DNA of 20,000 nt, taken from the IMG/VR virus record IMGVR_UViG_3300049571_000412, one strand, 5' to 3'. A program made the position numbers and the translations under genes. The stretch is from an uncultured virus (IMG/VR IMGVR_UViG_3300049571_000412) (taxonomy: Duplodnaviria > Heunggongvirae > Uroviricota > Caudoviricetes). Positions 1 to 7,112 of this stretch are shown here, piece by piece. How positions within the stretch are numbered: position 1 is the first letter of the stretch; each line of letters opens with the position of its first letter. The notes under the pieces are model-generated. The model was not told where the DNA came from. It saw only the letters and a program-made list of their open reading frames with translations, and searched no databases.

Positions 1-251
1 TGCTCGCGCAGCTCGGCGACCTCGTCGGCCAGAGCTTTGGCCGACTCGACCAATGCGGCGTGCTCGGCCTTCAGGGCCTCGTAGGCCTCGGCCAACTCGG
101 CGTCGGACATCTCCTCGGCCTCTTTGACCTCAGCAATCTGGCCCAGACGGAGGAGGGACGCGTAGTTGCGCCCCTCCTCGTCCGGCACCGGCTCACCGGG
201 GGCGATCGTCCCGTCGCCCCACTTGAGGTGCTGTCGGGCGACGTAGCCCAT
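1..251 (-). CDS. Phage protein immediately after the major capsid gene, coiled-coil rich; truncated by the window edge
   Basis: Not in the ORF track. ATG at 251 overlaps the capsid stop (TGATG). Frame is open to the edge with high GC3: MGYVARQHLKWGDGTIAPGEPVPDEEGRNYASLLRLGQIAEVKEAEEMSDAELAEAYEALKAE... Confidence 0.75.
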   Translation of the reverse strand, partial: MGYVARQHLKWGDGTIAPGEPVPDEEGRNYASLLRLGQIAEVKEAEEMSDAELAEAYEALKAEHAALVESAKALADEVAELRE

Positions 252-1258
252 CAGGCGACAACGTCCTCGAAGAAGATGCCGAGCTCGGAGGCGACGACTT
301 TCTGGTCGGACGCCTCCTTGATCTGCATGACGTCGGAACTCGCGAGCCCGTCGCGGCCGCGCTGGATGGTCCCGCCGAACGCGTTGGTCTCGCCGGGGAT
401 CAGGCCAGTCCACGCGAACGTGTAGCCGCCCGAGGGCTGGTCGATCGCCGGGGCGGGCGCCGCGTAGACGAGGAGCATGTCCTTGCGGCCGACGATGAAG
501 TCGATGGCATCCGCGGCCCCCTCCTTCGCTTTGTTGATGACGCCACCCGGCACGAGGACGCGATCCACGCCGAAGAGCTCCGCGAGGAGCTCGGCGGTGA
601 CGATCCCCCGCTGGGTGTATTTGATGACGTCCTTCACCTCCGGGTGGTTTTTGATCTTCCGAAAGGTGTCGCGACCCAGGACCAGCGTGTTCGGCTCGTA
701 GCCGGTGGTGCTGGCGATTTCATCGCGGTTCTCGTCGATGAATTCGATCGGTTCCGAACCCGACTGGTCGAACTGCAGGAATTCGCCTTCGCCCGGTTCT
801 TTGGCCTTGCCTTTCAGGTCCAGGCCCCAGACCCCGGTCTTGAAGAACGCTTCGGTCCAGAGCCGGTCGTTGTGGATCATCACCTGCGTGGTGAGCAGGT
901 TGGCGGCGGCCTTGTCCGGGTCCATCGGCTGGTCCGCGTTTTTGCGCGTCCGGTCGTCGATGGTGGTCTCCAGGCCTTCCTCCTCGCAGAGATAAGTGCC
1001 CTCGGACTTATTCACCCCGGCGCTCGGCGGGCGGCCACCGAGCGGACGAGGGCCGACCTCGTCACGGAAGAAGGACCCCTTGTCCCAGATTCCGTATTTG
1101 TCCGAGGCGTTGTTGACGCCGACGATCGGGAAGACCTGTGGCGCAACGAATTTGCGCGGGTCCTGCGCCCAACCGACCGACATGTTCGTCAGCCAGCGGT
1201 CGACGTGGAGGTCCGCCGGGCCCGGCTGATCCTTGTTGATTTTCGTGACAGCGCTCAT
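251..1258 (-). CDS. Major capsid protein (335 aa)
   Basis: RBS AAGGAG. N-terminus DLHVDRWLTNMSVGW...FVAPQVFPIVGV...SDKY resembles a known siphophage capsid family. Lies after scaffold and cement genes. Confidence 0.9.
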   Translation of the reverse strand: MSAVTKINKDQPGPADLHVDRWLTNMSVGWAQDPRKFVAPQVFPIVGVNNASDKYGIWDKGSFFRDEVGPRPLGGRPPSAGVNKSEGTYLCEEEGLETTIDDRTRKNADQPMDPDKAAANLLTTQVMIHNDRLWTEAFFKTGVWGLDLKGKAKEPGEGEFLQFDQSGSEPIEFIDENRDEIASTTGYEPNTLVLGRDTFRKIKNHPEVKDVIKYTQRGIVTAELLAELFGVDRVLVPGGVINKAKEGAADAIDFIVGRKDMLLVYAAPAPAIDQPSGGYTFAWTGLIPGETNAFGGTIQRGRDGLASSDVMQIKEASDQKVVASELGIFFEDVVA

Positions 1259-1289
1259 GAGCGTTATCTCCTTCTGGGGTCAGCCGGGG

Positions 1290-1691
1290 CTACGCGCGCC
1301 CGGCGGTCGGGGTGGAGAGGAAACGGGCGAGCTCGCCGGCGGCGGCCTCCTCGACAGCGAGTCCGATCACGCGGGAGCCGAGGGCTTCGACTTTTTCTTC
1401 CTCGATGACGGTCGCGGTGGCGGCGACGAGCTTGCCTTCCGCACCCGCCGAGACGAGTTGTCCGGCTTTGATGTTCCCGCCGGCGACTGCCTTCGGTTCA
1501 CCGCCGTTGGCATAGGTCGCCTGCGCACCTTCGGGGGCGTTCTCCTGGAGGGAGAACGCGATGTCTCCGGCTCCGGCGAGGACGAGCTTTCCGGCTTCGT
1601 TCAGCTTGACCAGGCGGAACTGCTTCGTCGACAGGTCGGCACCCGCCGGGGCGGTCGCGAGGTGATGGGAGGCTAGGCGCTGGGTGGCCAT
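1290..1691 (-). CDS. Capsid cement/decoration protein (DUF2190-like, 133 aa)
   Basis: RBS AAGGAG. Motifs AGADLS..QFRLVKL, AGGNIKAGQLV and IGLAVEEAAAGE. Lies between scaffold and capsid. Confidence 0.8.
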   Translation of the reverse strand: MATQRLASHHLATAPAGADLSTKQFRLVKLNEAGKLVLAGAGDIAFSLQENAPEGAQATYANGGEPKAVAGGNIKAGQLVSAGAEGKLVAATATVIEEEKVEALGSRVIGLAVEEAAAGELARFLSTPTAGRA

Positions 1692-1724
1692 TTGAGGTTC
1701 TCCTTCTGGGTTGGCCGGGGCCGC

Positions 1725-2690
1725 CTAACGGCGGACCTCGGCGAGGTAGGCGGCCTGCAGCTCGGGGTTTTCGTCCCCGGCCTTTTCGAGGGCCTGCTCC
1801 GGGGTGAGCGAGGAGTCGGACTTGCGGATCTCCTCGGCCTTCTGCTTGAGCTGGGCGAAGGCGTCCGCACCCGGCTCGGTGACGCCGTCGGCGCCGGCGG
1901 TCGAGAAGAGCTCGCCCTTCTCGATGCCCTCGTTGGTGGCCTTGAGCAGCGTCTCCAGGGCCTCGTAGGACTCCTTGGGCAGCTTCTCGCTGGCTTCCTT
2001 CAGGATCGGTCCGAGGTCGTCGGCTTTGGTCGGGAGCGAGTCGAAGGCCTCGGCCTTGGCGACGAACTCCTTATCGAGGCGCGCGTCGCGCTCGGCGTCT
2101 GCCTTCGCGATCGCTTCGTCCGCCTTCTTCTGGGCGGCAGCGGTGGCGTCTTCGGCCTTCTTGAGGGCGGCCTTGGCGGCCGGCGACAGGTCGGCCTTCT
2201 CCAGCTCGGCCTTCTCGGTGGCCTTCTCGATCGCGGCCTCGACCTCGGCGACGGCGTCCTTGGAGACGCCCGCCTTCTTGAGGGCGGCGACGAGCTCGGA
2301 GGCGTTCTTGGCCTCCAGCGACGGGCCCTCGGCCTCGGGCAGCTCCAGCCCTGCGGCCTTGACGACATCGGCGACGATCTCCGGGGTCAGGTCGCCCTTG
2401 TGGGTGGCGAGCAGGCGGGCGACGCCGTCCAGCGCGAGCGCGGCCTGCTCGGAGTCGGCGGCCTTCTCGACGAGGGCAGGTAGCGTGTCGGCCTTCTCGA
2501 CGGCGTCGCCGAGCTGGTCGATCAGCTCCTTGGTCAGTTTCGACATGCGGTGTCCTCCTTCGGACGGGTGATCGGAGTCGCGCTTCCACAGGTAGAAGCG
2601 CATGGGTTCGGACTGCTCGACGGCGTCACGACAGGCGGCCCTGTCGACCAGCGACACGAACTCGACGTCGAGACTCTTGAGTTGGGGCAT
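1725..2690 (-). CDS. Scaffolding protein with an N-terminal XkdF-like protease strand (321 aa; nested 273-aa form from ATG 2546)
   Basis: AAGGAGG-ATG at 2690 and a second in-frame AAGGAGG-ATG at 2546. Ala/Glu/Lys helical body with a scaffold-like C-terminus (LTPEQALEKAGDENPELQAAY). The track extension to 3095 is an Arg-rich shadow frame. Confidence 0.8.
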   Translation of the reverse strand: MPQLKSLDVEFVSLVDRAACRDAVEQSEPMRFYLWKRDSDHPSEGGHRMSKLTKELIDQLGDAVEKADTLPALVEKAADSEQAALALDGVARLLATHKGDLTPEIVADVVKAAGLELPEAEGPSLEAKNASELVAALKKAGVSKDAVAEVEAAIEKATEKAELEKADLSPAAKAALKKAEDATAAAQKKADEAIAKADAERDARLDKEFVAKAEAFDSLPTKADDLGPILKEASEKLPKESYEALETLLKATNEGIEKGELFSTAGADGVTEPGADAFAQLKQKAEEIRKSDSSLTPEQALEKAGDENPELQAAYLAEVRR

Positions 2691-2746
2691 GGGGCCTCCT
2701 TGGCTCGCGAGCGAGCCGACGGGAGTGGGATGAAGTGCATGGCGGG

Positions 2747-3721
2747 CTAGGCCGCGTCGACCCGTTCGGCGGTGCCGCCGATCGAGTAGCCGGTCAGTTC
2801 GCCCTTGACGATCTGCTGCCAGATGTCGGCGTCGGCGACGTGGCTGGCCATCACCCAGGAGCCCTTCAGGACCGGGCGGCCGTGGTATTCCATGTCGGAC
2901 GGGGCGATGAAGCTCTCGACCGGGACGGCGCCTGCGGCCTCCTCGGAATGCTGCACGTCCTGTAGGCGCGACTCGGCGAGGTAGCGGTGGGCGGCCTGTT
3001 CGATTTCCGCCGCGGTGACGATGTCGCCCTGTGAGTCGGCGACGTCCGGCTGCATAACGACGCCGTAGACGATCTGCGCCGCGTCGTCCTTCCACAGCTC
3101 GGTCGTGAAGGCCTTGTCGACCTTCTCGGTCTTCGTGGCTTTCGACGGCGCCGCGGCGGACCCGGCGTCGGCGCGCTTCTGGAAGAGGGTCTTGAGGCTG
3201 GGCATGTCGCTCCTGTCGTGGGCCTTCTTGCCGATGAGGGGGAAGTCGAGTCGTTCGCCGGCGACCACCAGGGAGAGCGCGTTGAAGGCCAGCGCCAGAT
3301 TCGGCACCTGCGGCTCGGTGTGGTCGTAGGCGAGCGTGATGTGCGGGGTGAAGCCGTGGTCGGTCGACGGCCGGAAGCCGGCGCCGGTGATCGCCTCACA
3401 CACGCACTGGCGGAACTCGGGCAGCCCGGGCACGTCGGGCGACACGTAGGTGACCGGTTCGGGCCCGGCCGTGAAGTGGCCGATCCCTGCGATCTCGCCG
3501 GTGAGCGGCGGCAGCGACGCAGCGCACCCGGCGACGACGGTGGCCAGCGCTTCGACATTGCCGAGGTCAACGGCCGCGCCGAGGAAGGCGAGCGTCAGGT
3601 GTAGCTCCTCGGCCGGTTCGCCGCCGGGCTGGGCGATCGCCTCGGCGACCTCGCGCGGCGGGTAGAGCGCGACCATCGCGCCCGTCTGCTGCTCGGCCTT
3701 GGTGAGGAAGGCCACGGTCAT
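2747..3721 (-). CDS. 2H phosphoesterase (LigT/Acb1-like fold) fused to XkdF-type (peptidase S78_2) prohead protease, 324 aa
   Basis: ATG at 3721 overlaps the upstream stop (ATGA). Two HxT motifs (LHLTLAFLG, FTPHITLAY), then XkdF motifs IVYGVVMQPD..DSQGD, DVQH, VESFIAP, KGSW and GELTGYSIGG. Confidence 0.88.
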   Translation of the reverse strand: MTVAFLTKAEQQTGAMVALYPPREVAEAIAQPGGEPAEELHLTLAFLGAAVDLGNVEALATVVAGCAASLPPLTGEIAGIGHFTAGPEPVTYVSPDVPGLPEFRQCVCEAITGAGFRPSTDHGFTPHITLAYDHTEPQVPNLALAFNALSLVVAGERLDFPLIGKKAHDRSDMPSLKTLFQKRADAGSAAAPSKATKTEKVDKAFTTELWKDDAAQIVYGVVMQPDVADSQGDIVTAAEIEQAAHRYLAESRLQDVQHSEEAAGAVPVESFIAPSDMEYHGRPVLKGSWVMASHVADADIWQQIVKGELTGYSIGGTAERVDAA

Positions 3722-4173
3722 CCGATCAGCAGCGCCAGCGCCGCGACGACCGCGATATGCCACACCTGGTCGTTCCAGATCCGCACGTCGGCGCCGATGT
3801 CCATCAGAGGGAGGTGGCTCGGGTCCGGTTGCGTCTGCCGGATCAGCTTCGACCACGCCTGCACCGGCCAGCGCGTGTCGATGATCAGGTGGGTGATGCC
3901 TATGGCGAGAGCCCCGTACCAGGGGAAGACGAGGAGCTGGGCGGCGCCGTGGATTCCGGCGTGGACATATGCCGCCGGGTGGCGATCCCACCACGGCCCT
4001 TCGCCGCGCATTGGCAGGAGGTATTCGTCGCCCGTCAGCGAGTTTTCGCTGTACACCGTGACGGCACGCGGGCGGCGCTTCATCTTGTTCACCGCCATCC
4101 ACTCGTTCTGGCCGAGCCAGTCGAAGACAAGGTGGACGACGACGCCCCAGATCAGCAGATCAGTCGCGCTCAT
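3718..4173 (-). CDS. DUF3307-family membrane protein (151 aa)
   Basis: Motifs HLVFDWLGQNEWMAVNK, HAGIH, HLIID and DQVWH with hydrophobic segments. ATGA overlaps on both sides. Confidence 0.8.
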   Translation of the reverse strand: MSATDLLIWGVVVHLVFDWLGQNEWMAVNKMKRRPRAVTVYSENSLTGDEYLLPMRGEGPWWDRHPAAYVHAGIHGAAQLLVFPWYGALAIGITHLIIDTRWPVQAWSKLIRQTQPDPSHLPLMDIGADVRIWNDQVWHIAVVAALALLIG

Positions 4174-6266
4174 GCGCCGCCTCCGAACACCGGGAGGAGC
4201 TGAAGCGTCCCCTGCGGGTGCTCCTTCGCCGCGATCTCCCGCGCCTCCTCGAAGCTGACCTTCTTGCCGTTCCGCGCTTTGCACTCGGCATCGGAGGTCG
4301 CCAACAGACCGTCCATCAGCTCAACGCCGGTCACTTCCGGGTGGGCTTCGTAGGCCGCCAGCGAGGTCAGCCGCTGCGCATTCGCCGTCTCGGTGCGGGC
4401 GATCAACTGCGACCGGTAGGCCGACCCTGCCTTGTGGAACTTCCCGGCCGGGACGTAGCTGCGGATCCGGTCGGCGGCTTCCTTCCATCCCTCCTTGGCC
4501 TCCCGCGCGTCGGCGAGGGCCTTGAAGATGGAGTCCTGCAACTGGTCTTCGATGTCGAGCATGCCGACCCGCAGGCCCCCGTCGCGGAGGATCTGCGCGC
4601 GCTTGGCGGCGGTCAGCTCCACCTCGGTCGAGCGCCCCTCGGCGCCGAGTGAGTCCTTGAAGGTGGAGATGACGCGTTCGGCGACCTTTCCGTAGTGGCC
4701 GAACCATTCACGGGCCAGCTTGCGGGCGAAGCCTGCGAGGCCGACCTGCGCGATGACGCTGCGCGCCGTGGTCCGGTCGTCGTCGGTTACCTCCTTGCGG
4801 ACGGTCTGTTCATAGGCCCGCGCCGCCTCCTCGCCGAACTCGCGCAGGGCCTCCGATGAGGTCCGCGCCAACGATCGCTCCAGCAGGTGCCCGTCGGCGA
4901 CATAGGCCCTGCCGAGCGCGGGCATGTCATCCACACCCGGCCCGGTGTCCGCCTTCTCCGCCTCCACGGCCGCCGGCGTCGGCAGGCCCGCTTCGCGGAA
5001 GAGCGCGGCGAGCAGGTCGTTGTCGGGCCAGATGACGGCACCCGAGAGCGCCATTCGTTCGAGCATCAGCGTCACCGCGTCGAGGTCCATCCGGCGGGTG
5101 GTGCCGTGGACCAGCTTGGGCGGATCCTCCACGCTGAACCCGTTCAGCTTCAGCAGGCGTGGGATCGCGTAGTTGTTCATCACCGCGGCGATGCCGTCGA
5201 GCCAGGCGTCCACGGCGGCGCCGAAGATCTGCGACTTCACATCGAGCATCGAGTAGCTGCCGACCTTGTCCTGGCCGATCAGCAGCATGTCGGCGAGGAT
5301 CGTGGTGGCGATGTCGAGTTTGTAGCGGCGGATCACCTGGTCGGTGTCGATCTGCCGTGACCCACCGGTGGTGGCGAGTTCGAACTCCCACCCCGCCGGG
5401 ATCAGCAGGCCCTCGTCCTCGTCGCGCTTCACCGTGGTGACGAGATCCTGCGCCGCATCGACGATCGCTTTGTTCGCCTCGGCCTGGAAGTCGAAGCCAT
5501 CGGGGGCCTTCAACGTCGGGATACCCGCGAGGTCGCGCTCGATCCCGATCGCCTCGATCTCTTCGATCGTCTTCTTGCGGTACCACGCGACGTAGGCGTT
5601 GCGGAGCATGGAGCGGCCTTCGGGATTGCCCTTGGTCGTCTCGGTGCGGAACAGCAGCGCCTTCTCCATCGGGATGGTCCGCAGCCCGCCGGTGGGCGGT
5701 AGTTGCTCCATCCCTTCGATGCCGCCGGTCTCATCGATCAGCCAGCGCGAGAGCGTCTCCTGCGCGCGGATCGGGAGCTTGCGCCAGCCGATCTTGCCGT
5801 CGTTGAACTTCGAGGTCGGGAGGGGGCGGCCGTCAGGGCCTTTGCCCCTGGGTTCGGGCCCTTGGCGCTTCTTGTAGACGATCTCCGACAGCTCCCAGCC
5901 GTACTGGAGCATCGTCATGACCTCGGAGATGAAGTCCTCCCAGGTGCCGGACATGTCGTCCATGCACTCCTCGACGAACTCGGCGGCGGCGGGATCGGCT
6001 CCCTCCTCCACCGTCCATTCGACGCCGCGGGCGAGCATCTTCACCGCGAAGAGCAGCGCGCCGACCGTCGCGTCGTTGTCGGCCATCTCGCGCCAGACCC
6101 TGGCGGCGCGGCCCTGGCCGGCGAGCTGGCGCAGCCACTCCTCGGCGACGAAGCCGCCGTACTGGCGCAGGCCGGTGACGCCGAGCTCGGCGAAGGCCTC
6201 AGACGGCGCCTTGTAGACCGCCTGGCGCCGCTTCTGGACGAGGGACGGCATCACGCCGTCAGCCAC
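4170..6266 (-). CDS. Portal protein (DUF935/Mu gp29-like) fused to a C-terminal MuF head-morphogenesis domain (~698 aa)
   Basis: GAGGAGG RBS before GTG 6266 (alternative ATG 6251). Portal motifs YGWELSEIVYK, GNPEGRSMLRNAY, IGIERDLAGIP. MuF motifs RSQLIARTETANA, C..RNG and EHPQG. Confidence 0.88.
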   Translation of the reverse strand: MADGVMPSLVQKRRQAVYKAPSEAFAELGVTGLRQYGGFVAEEWLRQLAGQGRAARVWREMADNDATVGALLFAVKMLARGVEWTVEEGADPAAAEFVEECMDDMSGTWEDFISEVMTMLQYGWELSEIVYKKRQGPEPRGKGPDGRPLPTSKFNDGKIGWRKLPIRAQETLSRWLIDETGGIEGMEQLPPTGGLRTIPMEKALLFRTETTKGNPEGRSMLRNAYVAWYRKKTIEEIEAIGIERDLAGIPTLKAPDGFDFQAEANKAIVDAAQDLVTTVKRDEDEGLLIPAGWEFELATTGGSRQIDTDQVIRRYKLDIATTILADMLLIGQDKVGSYSMLDVKSQIFGAAVDAWLDGIAAVMNNYAIPRLLKLNGFSVEDPPKLVHGTTRRMDLDAVTLMLERMALSGAVIWPDNDLLAALFREAGLPTPAAVEAEKADTGPGVDDMPALGRAYVADGHLLERSLARTSSEALREFGEEAARAYEQTVRKEVTDDDRTTARSVIAQVGLAGFARKLAREWFGHYGKVAERVISTFKDSLGAEGRSTEVELTAAKRAQILRDGGLRVGMLDIEDQLQDSIFKALADAREAKEGWKEAADRIRSYVPAGKFHKAGSAYRSQLIARTETANAQRLTSLAAYEAHPEVTGVELMDGLLATSDAECKARNGKKVSFEEAREIAAKEHPQGTLQLLPVFGGGA

Positions 6267-6384
6267 GTCGGGCCTCCTCGCGCTCACGTCGCGCGAGCCG
6301 CGTCCGCCGGCGCGCAGCCTTGGCCTCGTCGCGCTGATGGCGCGTGCGGTTGTCGGCGCGGGTGCGCTTGGCGTGGCGGGACAT
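6259..6384 (-). CDS. Small arginine-rich protein (41 aa, 15 Arg)
   Basis: GGAGG RBS before ATG 6384, high-GC3 codons. Sequence MSRHAKRTRADNRTRHQRDEAKAARRRTRLARREREEARRG. Confidence 0.6.
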   Translation of the reverse strand: MSRHAKRTRADNRTRHQRDEAKAARRRTRLARREREEARRG

Positions 6385-6407
6385 GGTCCTCCGGTCGGTG
6401 TGGGGGT

Positions 6408-6614
6408 CTAGTGGCCGGGCGCCCGCTGGTGGCGGAGCGCTTCGGCCCACTCGGGGGAGATGCGGCGCGGCGGTGCGGGCTCGGTCCTCGCGGGCCCGGG
6501 CTTCGCCGCGGCGGCCCGGTCCATCTCGTCGATCAGGCGGCGGGTGCAGGCGCGGCACGAGCAGTTCGGGATCGCGAGGCCGGTGTGCAGGCACATCAGC
6601 CCGACCGCCATCAC
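6408..6614 (-). CDS. Small Cys-rich hypothetical protein (possible Zn-binding)
   Basis: CLH...CSCRAC motif. GTGA overlap with the upstream gene. Confidence 0.6.
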   Translation of the reverse strand: MMAVGLMCLHTGLAIPNCSCRACTRRLIDEMDRAAAAKPGPARTEPAPPRRISPEWAEALRHQRAPGH

Positions 6615-6877
6615 GCCCCCACGTACTCGCGACGCTTCTCGGCCACCATCTCGGCGATGGGCGGCGTCTTCGAGTGGTCGCCGTCGCAGACGAGGCGGAA
6701 CCGCCCGGTCGGCAGTGAATCGTCCGGGCGGATAGGCACACCCCGGAAGTCATCCCAACCCAGGCGCTCGACCTCGAAGGGGTTCAGGAGGATCGCGGTC
6801 AGGGGCGAGCCGCAGTTCCCGTTGTGCTGCACGACCGCCGCCTGGAGGGCGGCGAGGTTCTTGGCGGCGGCGCTCAC
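6611..6877 (-). CDS. Hypothetical phage protein (88 aa)
   Basis: Normal composition and GTGA overlaps at both ends. Confidence 0.7.
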   Translation of the reverse strand: MSAAAKNLAALQAAVVQHNGNCGSPLTAILLNPFEVERLGWDDFRGVPIRPDDSLPTGRFRLVCDGDHSKTPPIAEMVAEKRREYVGA

Positions 6878-6972
6878 GCGGGCACCGGCGCCAGCGGGCC
6901 GCCGAAGTGGTGACGGGCGCGGTCGAGCAGGCGCCCGAGCGCTCCGCCGATTCGCCTGCGTGCTCCGTGCAT
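6874..6972 (-). CDS. Possible 32-aa peptide (MHGARRRIGG...)
   Basis: GAGGGAGG before ATG 6972. Its stop overlaps the next start. Confidence 0.4.
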   Translation of the reverse strand: MHGARRRIGGALGRLLDRARHHFGGPLAPVPA

Positions 6973-7112
6973 CTCACCCTCCCTCGGGTCGAAGTATTCG
7001 CCGGGCGCCCTGACCCGCGGCTCCAGCAGGTCGCGCGCGCATGGAGTGGGTCGCTTCGTCCGCTGGCGCTCCACGCCGCGGCCCGGCCTGTGTGGGTATC
7101 TCGGTGAAGTTG

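Noticed and set aside
2690..3095. Programmed -1 frameshift fusing protease and scaffold
   Set aside because: The scaffold frame is open over the protease 3' end, but I saw no slippery heptamer near the protease stop. The overlap translates to Arg-rich shadow sequence and the scaffold has its own strong RBS.
6611..6877. Capsid A-domain-like fragment (ILLNP...GVPI..DDSLP)
   Set aside because: The resemblance is too short to support without a profile search.
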